A DNA stretch of 57,213 bases, filler included, from Bipalium vagum (Eukaryota): the NCBI GenBank assembly GCA_037834085.1. It is 3 parts of 3 records of this genome, joined end to end, with 100 filler letters (N's around TTAATTAATTAA, not from the genome) between each part and the next. Parts side by side here need not be neighbours in the genome. Positions count along the whole stretch, not along the records: positions 20,275 to 38,417 come from JBBMKC010039137.1; positions 38,518 to 57,213 come from JBBMKC010022376.1; 1 more part is not named here. The stretch is one strand, 5' to 3'. Below, one piece after another: positions 27,049 to 39,700 of this stretch (position 1 is its first letter; each line of letters opens with the position of its first letter). The notes under the pieces are model-generated. The model was given only the letters and a program-made list of their open reading frames with translations. It had not been told where the DNA came from and made no database searches. The translations under genes and the position numbers were made by a program.

Positions 27049-27689
27049 TAGAGTTATGCAGAAAAATATAGAAAATTATTCAAAATAATTAGAAAAATAT
27101 CCAGAAATATATGGTGGAAATGTACATTAAATAAATTCTTTTCTCGCCAAGGTTTTTCTATAAGCCGTCTTATGTTGCGAAAATAATCACTTAAATCTAT
27201 ATCGTTATGTATGAGTACTTGAGTAACCAATTATCCCGATCTATAATGGTTCTCATAAATGATGATACAATATTTGCGAATTGTAGCTGAGGCGAAAATC
27301 TGTAAGCAATACCTCGTTCTGTTAGCAACTTAATAACATCTTTGCGGTGATGGAACCTGCAATTCTCTATCACCAATACATACACAGGATTTTGATAGAA
27401 ATGATTGCATAGCTTGTCACTAATAAAGTCCATTGAAACATCCGTCTTTGATTTCGAAGCATAAAATGCCTGTAAATTTGATTTAATAAAAAACAAATGA
27501 CAAAACAATGAAACCTCACATTTTAATAGCAACCGTGTAGCTGATATTTTTAGCTGACTAAAATTTGATCAAATTTAAATAGAAAAATTTGAAATTTTTT
27601 CCTATATATTTCTGAATAGAATTATATATATTTTTGCATAGAATTATATATATTTTGAATATTTTTCTATATATTTCTGCATAAACCTG
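27049..27689 (-). mobile_element. Non-autonomous IS630-like (ITm) element
   Basis: About 40-bp TIRs (TTATGCAGAAA.ATATAGAAAA.TATTCAAAATA), TA-flanked; VLVIENCRFHHRKDV...FSPQL. Confidence 0.78.
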
Positions 27690-27796
27690 TAATTTACCTA
27701 AAACCAATTTCGATATTTTTAACCCAATATTTTCAATTAACTCACATTTTTAGGAACCTAACATTTGGTATAATTTGTTTATTAATTTTTTAAAAC

Positions 27797-27841
<45 letters not shown>

Positions 27842-29987
27842 AATAAAAAAATAAAAAATAAAGATAATTAAAATAAAATAAAGTTACTTTTCAAAAAAGG
27901 CATATCTACAACAGCCTAAATCAATGGTTGAGACAGTGTTTGGTAAGAACGGCGAGTAGCACGTGTCATCTAAAAAGAAATTTAAAAATGATATAAAACA
28001 ATAAAATTACTGCATTAGTTGGAGCAATACTCACTGTAAAAAGAAAATATATGGTTATATGATTTACTATGAAAACTATTACTCATTAATAGATGTTGCT
28101 ATCAATTAGTAACTATTTTTGAACAATTTGATAGTTCTCACAGTTCAATCAAAATATCATATAATAATAAAAAGAATCTGTCCTTTGAAGAAGATCCTTG
28201 TGGAATAAGGAATTAAATTACTAGACGAATGTTCAAAAATGGAATAATTACAATTATTGAATTACAACGAATAATTAGTAATTTAAAAGCAAAAAAAGTT
28301 TTATTCTATTAAAATATATATGGAAGAAAATGAAATATTTTACAATTTTTCTTTTTGATGCTATTTCACCTGTTTATAAGTCGCAATTACTCTACTTACA
28401 ATTCATGTTTATGCGATGCATCAGCAAACGACTTTTAATGCTCTCTTATAAATAAATATGTTCATAGACACCACCAACATATTCAATGTGGCAAACATTT
28501 AAAAAGCAATGTCAGATCCTAATCCACTAACATAAGAAAAACTGATATATTAATTAATTCAACGATTTGATTTTTGATAGTCATATGATTGATCCCGTTT
28601 TGATGATTTTTACAAACAAAACCGTGAAAACTATTTGAGCTAACCGCCAAATCATTGATACTGTCAGATCATTGCTGGATCTACTAGATTAAATAAAATG
28701 CAATAAGTTTTATATCAACATTAAATTTTATAAAACAATGTACAAATAAAACTCGTATAGCGTCTTGAAAAAAAGACTGAAAAACATAATCTGAGAGAAG
28801 AAAACGACAGAAGAAAAAAAAATGAAACAAACCAGAAACTAGCTATTAAAGTAATATTTATAATAAAATATATATCACGATAAAAAATAAAGAAAAGTCA
28901 TGTCAAATTTTTAATTTAATGTTATAAATAAGAATTTCAGTGGGCATAATATTAAAGAAAAGTTAAAGAATGTTTGTCATTATTAGAATTTTTTATTTCT
29001 TTGAATTATTTTCTTTAATTATATTTAATTATAAATGTATCTCTAATTAATTTACACACTGAAACGAAATTAGGTTAGTTTTTTAAAATTACTTACTATG
29101 GAATAAGTCCACGACTTTGTTTTAAAATGTTAATTAAGTATTTTAGATGAATGTGATTTTAAATAATTAAAATGAAAGTTTTTTTTATTTCAAATCGTGA
29201 CGTAGGTGCAATATCGAATCAGTTATTGAATTTAAATATATTTTTCCAATATTAATTTGATCAGAGAATAATTTAAATTAGTTGGTAAATATAATTTTTA
29301 AAATTTAAATCACCAGTTGAATATTAGAAGGATTTTTAAAGCACATGAAGATTAATTCCAGATTTTTGAGAAGATTCAGTCTATTGTGAAAAATGGGTAT
29401 TCTGATTTATATTTTCATTGTCGCTAGTTTTGATACATGAATGGTAAGTATTGTTTTGAATATTATTTTTGTTATGAACCTGTTAATGCAATGCATTTAA
29501 TAATTTAAAATTAAAAATTAATAATACTTAAGAATTATTAAGAATACGTAATAAGTTTAGTCAGTAGTTCAAAAAGGAATATTTGATGATTTCATATAAA
29601 TAAATAAATTCATATTTTGTCAATTATACTTTCCTTTTACCATAATTTGTAGTTCATTTTTTCTGTGAGGGTATTTTGAAGAAATTTTGAATTCAAATCT
29701 ATAAAATATCCCACTCGTAGGAAGTGGTTTCTATTTTACTTTTTACAATATATTAAGCTGGGTGTAGTGTAGAAAGATTATTTAAAGAATTGAAAGATTT
29801 TTATCTTTATATATTTACTTGGGTCTGTTTTAGGAAAGTAAATTCATCCATATTTAATATAAAACCCACACAAAATTATACTTTAATTGAATATACGGTA
29901 AATAATAACTTTACAAAATGATATTCCATTTCCAAAATAAATTAAATACATGATTTTTTGAAAGAAAAAACGAGCTGAAATGCATTA

Positions 29988-30696
29988 CCGTAGATACGCG
30001 AGTATAACGCGAGAGTTAAAATTGGCCAAATGCTATGTATTGTGAACCGGTAAAATATATTTTTTTTCAAAACACCATTAACTTTACATTGAAATCTCTT
30101 AACCATATCGTAACGATGAACACACATTGAGTGATAATTCTACCAGCTTTAACCACGGAATCGTGATATTATATATAATAAACATAGAAACAAAAAATAC
30201 AAAAATATAATCTCAAGTATTTAGTATTCTGACTAAAAGTTTTTTATTTTTTTAAAATTTAATCCTTTTAAAAATATTTACAGAAAGTTGTGAAATTTAG
30301 TTTAATAAAATAAAACTTTTCTAAAATCCCTCGAATTCCGTATCCGATTCATCACTTGCAAACAGTAGTTGCAAATTTTTATACTATCGATATTCTGTAA
30401 ATATACCAAATAATGACACCGAACCTATTATACAAGAATTTATTTGTTAAAACTGGCAATTTGTTTATGGTGGTTTTGAAACATGAGAACTTCAGAACAT
30501 GTGAATATTTCGTCTTTTGAGCCAACATACGATCGATTTCGATCCCCAGCTATCGTAACAAGTTTCTTAAGTTTCCGACATGTGAAATCAGTGTCCAATA
30601 AGTTAAATTATTGTTGTGTCTCGAGAATACCGCGACTCCCCAAATTTCACTCCAATTGCAGCTAAAAAATCTCGCGGTATACTCGCGTATCTTCGG
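29988..30696. mobile_element. Non-autonomous pogo/Tc2-like element
   Basis: 27-bp TIRs CCGTAGATACGCGAGTATAACGCGAGA / TCTCGCGGTATACTCGCGTATCTTCGG (2 mismatches) with TA target duplication. Confidence 0.85.
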
Positions 30697-30999
30697 TATA
30701 CGGTACAATTTGTTTAAATGTTTAATGTATTTTAAGTTTGAGAAAATTAAATATTTAACATACTCAGTTAAAGAATTTTATGAATAATAAAAAGGCCAGT
30801 GGCTTGTTTTTACCAAATAAATTTCCACAGATCCATGCCATCAAGGATCCAGTTTCAGGATGTAATTTGTCCAGAAGACTTTATTTTGATTTATTGAAAT
30901 TTTTAATTTGATCTTTAAACCATTTAAAATGCTTTACAGTTTCATGGATTAACATTCAATCTTCAGTCAGATGAGAATTGTCTTTCCATTTGTCCTTGT

Positions 31000-31411
31000 A
31001 GTTAAAGGTCCTGGCACTACATGTTTTTTATAAAATCTAATAAGGTTTCACTAAATCAATCTTAAACTAATCCATAAATTAAAATTAATCCAAACACGTT
31101 CCGGTGGCATTTAAGTCTGGCGAAATAGCTGACCAATTTGGCGGTTAACAAGTCCGTAGTGCTTTTACTGACATTGACTGATGCATTGTCTTGTTGAAAG
31201 ACCAAGTCCATGTCAGGATATTGCCTAATAATATGCTAAATAAATTAAATTCTAATACCTGTTGGTAGCTTGCACTGTTCATTCTTGTTGAAATGAAGAC
31301 TAAAGCGATCGATATGGCACTCTAGATCATTACCAATCTCCCACTGAGGTTTCTTTTATTTTTTGATAGGTCCTCCTTCCCTAAATACCTTCAATAATAA
31401 CATCCTTTTAC
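31000..31411 (-). mobile_element. Tc1/Tc3-like transposase remnant, interrupted by the following element
   Basis: LVFISTRMNSASYQQVLE...LVFQQDNASVNVSKST...WSAISPDLN. Confidence 0.75.
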
Positions 31412-31413
31412 TA

Positions 31414-32677
31414 CAGGGTGTCCTATAAGTCCACGTGAAAAGTAAATAAAATATCTTAAATTAAATTCAATCGATTGAAATTTCTATTTATACAATATTA
31501 AAGTATGTAAGTCTAAGTTTTGTTTTAATATTTTAAAATTAGATTTAGCAAATGCCGCTTGATTTGAGGTTAAGAATCAAAATTGTACTTTTAATGGCCT
31601 AATTCAACTCAATTTGTGTTGTTAAACGGAAATTAAATGCCGAATTTTGGAAAACCTCGTCAAGGCAAAAGTGCTATAAGAGAGACTTTTCATCGTTTTT
31701 GTGAGATTGGCTTGGTGGAAGATCGTGAACGTTCTGGAAGACCAAGGCTGATCACTGAAAATGAAGTTCAGAAAATGAGTGAAGTTATTGAAACACCCAT
31801 AATGCAGTGTTTGATCTGTTGCAACCACCTGCTCCATTTCGCAAACAACAACTCATCGAATTATGAGAGAACAATTATCATTAAAACCCTTTAAAGCCCA
31901 TTTCACGCAGGAATTACATGAAAAGGATTTTCAAGACAGAGTTGAGATGTGCAAAACCCTGGTCTCAAAGTTAGAAAATGTGGATATTCAGGAAAAATAT
32001 TTTCTTTTCAGATGAAGCAAAATTTTACCTAAAAGGATTAGTAAATAAACATAACGTCAGATATTGGTCAGAAAGTAATCCACATGCTACTTTTGAAACT
32101 GCTAGAAAATCCCAGAAGGTAAATGTTTGGTGTGCTTTATCAAAAAATAAAATTATCTATCCGTATATCTTTGAAGATGAGACTGTTAATGGCTAAAATT
32201 ATCTATCAGTGCTTCAAGACTATTTTATGTTTGAGGTGAGGAAAATGTACAAAGTACGATCTCTGGTATTTCAGCAAGATGGAGCTCCTACGCATTTTCA
32301 ACAAATATAGGACGGTAGCTTGACGTTCATTTTCCGAACATGTTGATTGAAAGAGGTTCACCAGATTTAACTCCTCTTGACTTCTATTTATGGGGCCATT
32401 TAAAGAATAAGATTTACAAATCTGAAATCAAAAATATTGACTATTTGAAAACAAAAATCACCGAAGAAATAAAGCGTTACCACAGAAATTTTGAATAGTA
32501 TTTTTAAATATTGTAAAAAAGATGAATTTATGTATATAAGTTAATGGAAGTCATTTCGAACAATTGTTGTACATATTTTTATATGAAATAAAAATTAAAA
32601 AATCTGTCGATTAAATATCTCAATCTGCTTCAGAAATATGTAAGCTTACTTTCCGCGGGGACTTATGGGACACCCTC
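31414..32677 (+). mobile_element. Full-length decayed rosa/DD41D-like element
   Basis: TA-flanked TIRs CAGGGTGTCCTATAAGTCC / GGACTTATGGGACACCCTC; FFSDEAKFYLKGLVNKHNVRYW, FQQDGAPTHF, SPDLTPLDFYLWG. Confidence 0.92.
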
Positions 32678-32721
32678 TATATCTGACGTCATTTTTTGAC
32701 AATACTTAATTTAATCGTTAA

Positions 32722-33370
32722 ATGCCTAATAAGAACCAAAGAAAATATGTTACCAAAGAAATTTAGGACATAGTAATAGGTATAAACAATTTCGGTGAAC
32801 ATAAAATTAATAATATTTCAAGAGCTGTTGATTTCTGATAGTAAACTGTTAGTAAACTAATTAAATTTCATGAAGATGTAATTACATTTTTTCCAGCTTC
32901 GGTAAAATTTAAAGCAACAATTCAAGAAAAACAAGCACAATTTTCAGAAAAATTAAACAGTTTATTTTATTATAGACAATTTTTTTCCATTTTTACTCAA
33001 AATTCTACCGAAGTTTTAATAATGGACAATGGTAGGTTTCATAAGACCAAAAATGTTTTAAATGTATTAAGAGAAAACAGAATTAATTATAATTTTTCTG
33101 TACCATATTCTCCAGAGTTAAATCCCATAGAGGAGTTCTTTTCCATGATAAAATCAAGATTTAAAAGAATGATAGTAGTAACAAATATTTTGGGAGAAAT
33201 ATTGAATACTGATAATGACTTAAATGATAAGTGTGCTAATTTCTATAATAATATGAGACAATGGTTAGAAAAAGATAGAAGAAAAGAGCCATTTATTTAT
33301 TAAAAAATTAAGGTTTATTTTTGGTAATTTATTAATGTTGTAATACATGTTATGGTTTTGAATAACCCTG
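32722..33370 (+). mobile_element. IS630-like DD34E element, internally deleted
   Basis: MDNGRFHK...PYSPELNPIEEFFSMIK (34 residues between D and E); terminus ...AATAACCCTG+TA. Confidence 0.82.
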
Positions 33371-33449
33371 TAAATATAAGCCTTCTATATATTAATTTTT
33401 GCTAAATTTATAAAATTTTAAAATGCTTTATTTATTACTTAAGATGTGA

Positions 33450-33670
33450 ATAATGTGAATAGTGAAAAAGATCATTACACTAATAAAATAGAAGGAGTGT
33501 GATCAGTACTTAGAAGAAAATTTTCCATCGCAATGGAAAATCAATAATTTTATCTCGTTTTTTCGAATTTATATGGAAGTGAAAAAATATTAATAATGCA
33601 TGGACGAATGTTATATCATGTTATAAGGCTAATAAATACAGTGCGACACAAATTTATTTACGGTGCCAAA
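33450..33670 (+). mobile_element. Merlin 3' end
   Basis: HYTNKIEGV*SVLRRK...FEFIWK; ends near ...CGGTGCC. Confidence 0.6.
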
Positions 33671-33899
33671 AATATTGCAATTTTGTGATATTATATGTAC
33701 TTATCTTACCAAAATAGAATATAACCTAAAGGCAGTGTTACGATGCTTTTATGAAACTTATTTTGAAGGTCTTTATACTGAAACTTTTTTAGGAAATGAA
33801 TAAAAAGTATGAAAATCGAATTTTAATTTTAACACTTTTTTGAACATATAGAGGAATAAATTGTTTGATAAATTCTATATGATATTGAATCTGTTAACC

Positions 33900-34070
33900 T
33901 TTCGAACTCAGAATAACTGGAGATAACTGTTTATTTGCTATCTCCCACCATAAACAAGATGGGTAAGTATTCCCCATAAGTTTTTAGATGGATTTAGATC
34001 AGGTGTATACGGTGGCAATAATATAACTGGAATATTTGCTGCCATTGTCAAATAGAGCTGGGATGTGGTA
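33900..34070 (-). mobile_element. Tc1 fragment
   Basis: NIPVILLPPYTPDLNPSKNLWGILTHLVY. Confidence 0.7.
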
Positions 34071-34673
34071 CTTGCAGTTATTTTATTTTTAAATTATCAT
34101 TATAATTTATAGTTAAATTATCTTTAAAATCAACAATTAATAGTTAAGTAACTACTAATAACTAGTTCACTATCAAAACTGGTTCAAGTAAATTTCAAAC
34201 TTTCATTTTTTATTGATTTATTTACATAATTTAAATGTCGATCATAATTAATGTTTAGGTCACCCATTTGTGAAAATTTTCTCTTTCAATTATTTTAAAG
34301 GTAGAAAACAAAATATTAATTAATTCATATTTTATTCTTTTACTTCAAAAATTTATGTATTGCTTAAAGTATTAAAATGAGACCAGGAATATCAGAAATT
34401 GTATTCTGATTTTCGATAAGAGATGATAAATCTTTGAACACTTGGTTCAAGATCAAAGGAGTAATGGTGTCAAATTCAATATATCAAAATTGAGCTTATT
34501 AAAAGATTTGATAGAAAAAAAATTAGAAACGTATCGGTAATATAAAGAAACCAAACATACGGAACATTTAACTAATAAAAGACATTAGCATCAGCGATTT
34601 TTAATGTAAACGCAAGAAAATTTATGTATTTTTGAAATGATAAGTAAGCTGGGACTGTGTTGAAGTTTAATTA

Positions 34674-35010
34674 CATGGTGTGGATAAAAAGTCCTTAGAC
34701 TCGTATAGAAAACAAATTAAGTCGTGAAACTTTCTACATAAAACAATCCTTTAATATTACTACATAGTACATATGTAAATTTTTGTTTACATAATATTTA
34801 ACGTATTTTTTGTGTTTTAATAGATTAAAATGATATATTCCTAGAATTTATCATTTCTTAAAAATAAATGATTATTGACATTATTCATGATAAGTTTTTC
34901 AAGCGATTTGTGCTCAGATATCATTTTATCGAAATGGCTATTGCATCACACTGGAATGTCTCGAATACTGGTGTTCAGGAAATTATAGATCGTAAGTGGA
35001 TCACTGGACA
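34674..35010 (+). mobile_element. Mariner-like 5' fragment
   Basis: TIR-like TA+CATGGTGTGGATAAAAAGTCC, then a degraded N-terminal HTH region. Confidence 0.45.
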
Positions 35011-35013
35011 TTA

Positions 35014-36196
35014 TTAAGTTGTCCGTAAAGTCTTTTCGGTTTTTGTATTATGGAGGATGTTAATAATTATTTTGTATGTATGAGTGCAATAAACAGTTAA
35101 CGTAATTATTTTATTATGGTATATATTAATACCTATATTGTATACAAATTTCAATCTGTTTATATACGTAAGTTTTATTTTTGAAAATGCAAAATCAAAA
35201 TGAATATTTTAGAAATATTACACTTTATTACTTTTAAAAAGTCAAAACAGCTGCAGACACATCGAAAACTATGTAGATTCCATGACAAAGATGAAATAAC
35301 AGAATGCACTTGCCAGATTTGGTTTACCAAATTACGTTGCGAAAATTTTCTCTATTCAAGAAGCATTACGCTCTGGTAGGCCTCTTCAATTTAATGAAGA
35401 ACAATTAAAGGCAATTATAGAAAATAATAAACATATTATGTAAACATATTAAACATAAAAATATTAAATTGGATTTGTCGAAAACAACTATTAATGATCA
35501 TTTAAGAAATATGGGATATTCAAAAAGCTTGATATTTGGGTCTCACATAAACTGGAAGAAATTCAGTTAACTTAACGTATCAATATTGTGACATGCTCCT
35601 CAAACGAAATCAAAGAAACCTATTTTTGAAAAATCTGACCAGCGGTGATGAAAAATGGATTGTATACAATAATGTCCGACGCAAAAGATCATGGTCAAAG
35701 TCCAGTGAGAACAGTTAAAGATAGTAAAAAAATGGTTTTACTATCCATATTGTGGGATTATAAGAGTATTATATACTCTTAGCTCTTACCATATAACAAA
35801 AAATTGATTCAAATGTATACTACCAACAACTATCAAAATTAAAAGATTGCTTGCAGCAGAAATGTCTAGAATTGAAAAATCGTGAATGTGTGGTGATTCA
35901 TCAAGACAACGGACGTCTCCACATTTCTTTGTTCCTTTTTCAGAAATATGTTGGGATGTGGTTCCGCGTCCATCATATAGCCCAGACATTGCATCAAGGC
36001 TATACGATGGATGTACGAAATTTCTTTCTTTACAAAATTCTTTGGCTGGGAAAACATTTGCGTATGATGACATTATCAAAACTTACCTGGACGATTTCTT
36101 TGTTGGAAGAGTTAAAAAATTTATTAAACTGGAATAATGAAATTACCTGAGAGATTGAAACTCATTGTTGAACAAAATGGTCAATATTTAATTTAA
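35014..36196 (+). mobile_element. Near full-length decayed mariner lacking its 3' TIR
   Basis: TIR TA+TTAAGTTGTCCGTAAAGTC; LDIWVSHKL, TSGDEKWIVYNN, HQDNGR, PSYSPDIAS, IVEQNGQYLI*. Confidence 0.9.
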
Positions 36197-37056
36197 GCAA
36201 GAACACTGCTGGGAAGAATATGCTGGAGAGGACACAAAGTGTACTGCTTTTGTACCACCATTTTTTCCTCACTCACTCATATGCTTGCCTCTCGGCACAC
36301 ATACTCGCTCGTTCGTCAAAAACCTGTTTACAAAAGTAATAAACTTTGTGTTATAAATAAGTAAAAAAAAGAAAAAATAACTAAAAAAAGAAGAAAAAAA
36401 TAAGAAAAAAAATGATTAAAAAATAAATATTAAAAAATGTCAAAAAAGTCACTAAAAATGGAAAACAATATATACAGAAAAAATCTTGAAAATTTATCTC
36501 CTGAAGAATTAAATAAAATAGAAAATAAATTTCCACAAAGTAAATATTTTTAACAGCTAAAAATTACAATTTAGAATAAAAAGATTTAAAATCCAAAAAA
36601 AGATTTAAAAATTCTAAAGATTTTTTATGGTTAATTAATAAGTGAAAATTTGAACCATATCAAAATAAAATAAAACAACAACATGAAAATCTAAATGATA
36701 TAATTATTTTAATATTTAAATATTTAAATTTTATCAAGGAAAATTAATAAAATTTTTAAATAAAAAAATTGAATAAAAAAATTATAAAAAACTTAGAAAA
36801 ATGGTATTGTGAATTTTGTGAAAAAGTATTTCAAAATATAATAAATCATTTATTTAAATACAAATGTACATTAAAAAATAGTACTAATAAAATTACTAAT
36901 CAAAATAAAATTCAAAATATTCAAGAAAAATATCAAAGTTTTTTCCCCAAAATTGACGGTGACATTCAACAAGCAATTAAAAATATTAAATTTTGACAAA
37001 TTTACATCATTTAAAATCTTTGAATCCTTTTAATAAAACAAATCCTGCTCAAAATT

Positions 37057-37380
37057 TTGACATGGCCTGAAACACTACTATTACTATTATTACTATTAAA
37101 ATGTAATATTTATAAACTTTTAGAAAACTATGAAGTTGTAGAAAATCCAAATATCCTTCCAATTCCCAAATCCGATTCTATTCCAATAAACAAAATTAAT
37201 AATGTAGCAATGAAACATGATGTAAAATATTTTTCCAAAGATTTAAAAGATAGACATGTTGCAGATGTTGAAATGATTCACGAAATGAACAATATTCAAA
37301 ATCCAACTCCTAGAGAAAAACTTGACTGAGCTTTAATAAAACTAATTATGAAATCTAAGGTCGCCTTCGGCTTAGGAGAT
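37057..37380 (+). pseudogene. Parvovirus VP1-like phospholipase A2 (PLA2X) domain
   Basis: PINKINNVAMKHDVKYFSKDLKDRHVADVEMIHEMNNIQNPTPREKLD*ALIKLIMKSKVAFGLG: HD..Y and AD catalytic pattern plus K...G.G tail. Confidence 0.75.
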
Positions 37381-37519
37381 GATATCCTCCAACTGCACTT
37401 GGGTTTGGATTAGAAAGACAATCTAAGCTACTCGCTCCTTAGGCTAGAGCAAGTAAATTGCTCGCCAATGAAAAGTTATTCGAAAACTCAAAAGGTCTCC
37501 CACGTGAAAAAAGCAAACA

Positions 37520-38070
37520 ATTATCAAATGAACTTCATAAAGAATTTTGAAAAACTAAAAATTTCTTAAAAGTAAAAGTATATAATAAAGATGATATTTG
37601 GTCAGCAGATTTAACTTTTGTCCCAGGAGAAAAGGATTACAAAATAATTCTAATAGTTAATTCTAATATATACTCGTTTTGCTTTTGCAGTTCCTCTAAA
37701 AAATAAAACAGATCAAAGAAATATAGATGCGTTTGATAAAATATTTGAAGATTCGAATAGGGTCCCTGAAAAACTTTGGGTAGATAAAGGTACTGAATTT
37801 TATAATAAAACATTTGAAGAACTTTGTGATGATAATGAAATAGAAAATTATTCAACTGAGAATGAGGGAAAACTGTAGCCATTGAAGGATTTAATAAAAC
37901 TTTAAAAAATTTGATTTTCAAAAAATTTACAGAACAAGGAAATCGAAAATGACTACATATTTTACCAAACTTAATTAATTTTTACAATAATAAAATTCAT
38001 TCATCAATTGGAATATCTCCTAATGATGCTTTTAAAAATTCTGAGAAATTGAAAGTAGAAACAACCGATA
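37520..38070 (+). pseudogene. Polinton-type retroviral-like (rve) integrase, frameshifted
   Basis: LSNELHKEF, DDIWSADL, PEKLWVDKGTEFYNK, IEGFNKTLK, YNNKIHSSIGISP. D-D-E residues recognisable. Confidence 0.88.
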
Positions 38071-38417
38071 AAATTTCCTCTGTTTCTCAATTATCCTTAC
38101 GAGCTCTTAATTAATTTTTAGATTTGTATTAATAGAATTTACTTAGCTTTTTTATAATTTATATAGTTTTTTATTTTGAAATATTCACTTACTTTTGGAC
38201 ACAGTTTCTATAGCTGTTGTCCGTTAGTGAAAAATATAGGTCATTATCAGTTTGAGCTGATAATGTTCTACATTTTATTCAAACAGTTTAAACTGTTTTA
38301 ACTTTAAGAAAAGATTTCATAATTAGAAATAAAAATAGATTTCATAACTAGAAATATATAATACATATAATAGATCAGAATAGATCAGAATAGTTTATGA
38401 TTATATAATAATATATA

Positions 38418-38517
38418 NNNNNNNNNNNNNNNNNNNNNNNNNNNNNNNNNNNNNNNNNNNNTTAATTAATTAANNNNNNNNNNNNNNNNNNNNNNNNNNN
38501 NNNNNNNNNNNNNNNNN
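38418..38517. other. Scaffold gap with artificial linker
   Basis: 44 N + TTAATTAATTAA + 44 N. Confidence 0.97.
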
Positions 38518-38599
38518 GGTTTAAAATCACAAGGTTAAAGTTTTGGATAAATATTGGATGATCACAATTATTTATAAAGTTATTGTTTATTTGCAGGAT

Positions 38600-39700
38600 C
38601 ACTTCTTGTCTTTGATGTTGTCGAAGTTTTTTGCGGCTTTGATCGTAGTCTCCACATATGGACAAATTTAAAATAGGAAGTTGCAACACGAAAAATCTTA
38701 ATTAGCATTCATCATTGTGCATCTTTATAATAAGCAAAGAAGTATTTGGCTGTTCTCATCATTTATCTTTACCTAAATGTTTTTTATCATAAAAAACTTC
38801 CTTCAACAGACTTTGACAATTCTGGAGTGGATATTGAATAGGTGAAATACCAACTTGTAGTAGTGTTGCGATTATAATAAGACCGGTGTTCGTCACTAAA
38901 CGATTTTTCAAATATGAACTGATTCCACAAGAGTCATTTCCAAACGAAATTTGGGTCAGATCATTATTTGATGACATAATATTAGAGGTTGTTTTTACAG
39001 ATTTATCAATTTATTCAAAAAAGTCGTAGTCCCTCTTAATAACCTACAAGCTTGAATGTAAATTTATACTTTTTAAAGTTTTCTTTGCATTCTGCACAAC
39101 AAACCTTCCCCAGAGAAACTATTCACCATATTTCGTATCTGTGGTAGATTATCTGAATAATAAATGTCTGCATTTAACTAGAAACCCAACCTTGTAGTGA
39201 CAGGTGTCGCACGAATATCGATTCAACGAAATTCGTTTTTTCTATGTCGATTGATGCCTTGATTCTTTAATTAATTTGCCAACATTATTAAAACTATCAC
39301 GAACTTTTTCTGCGCAATTGTACATCAAATACGTCACACATAAAACATGTAACAGTGATGGATATCTGTGCTTTAGAAATTTCCGGCTGTGGCCATATAT
39401 CTGGTGGCATCGGACAGTAGAAGAGAAAATTTAATTTTTTCAACATAATATTCTTTTAGTAGATCGTCAATCACATGGACTACATATTGGTAGTTTACAG
39501 TTTCATCGCAAATTTAACAATCCAATAGAAACACATTTTAGATGAATTGCTAATTATACCCACCAACATATTAAAGAATCTTTTATCATACATGTCCTTT
39601 TCAAAGATAATTATAAGTATTTTTCCGCCTGATTAACATTCATCATTTTCAATCTTTCATATCCTGTTACGCTTCCAACCATTAAACAAATTTTTGTGTC
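38600..39700 (-). mobile_element. hAT-like (DUF659-type) transposase remnant
   Basis: LLSDATRYMATAG..LKHRYPSLLHVLCVTYLMYNCAEKVR; PVTTRLGF*LNADIYYSDNLP. Confidence 0.72.

Larger units (their letters stand above)
36197..38080 (+). mobile_element. Decayed Polinton/Maverick (adintovirus-like) fragment
   Basis: GC-richer leader, Lys/Asn-rich ORF pieces with a CxxC zinc finger (WYCEFCEKVFQNIINHL), a PLA2-like domain and a Polinton-type integrase, all on one strand. Confidence 0.8.
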
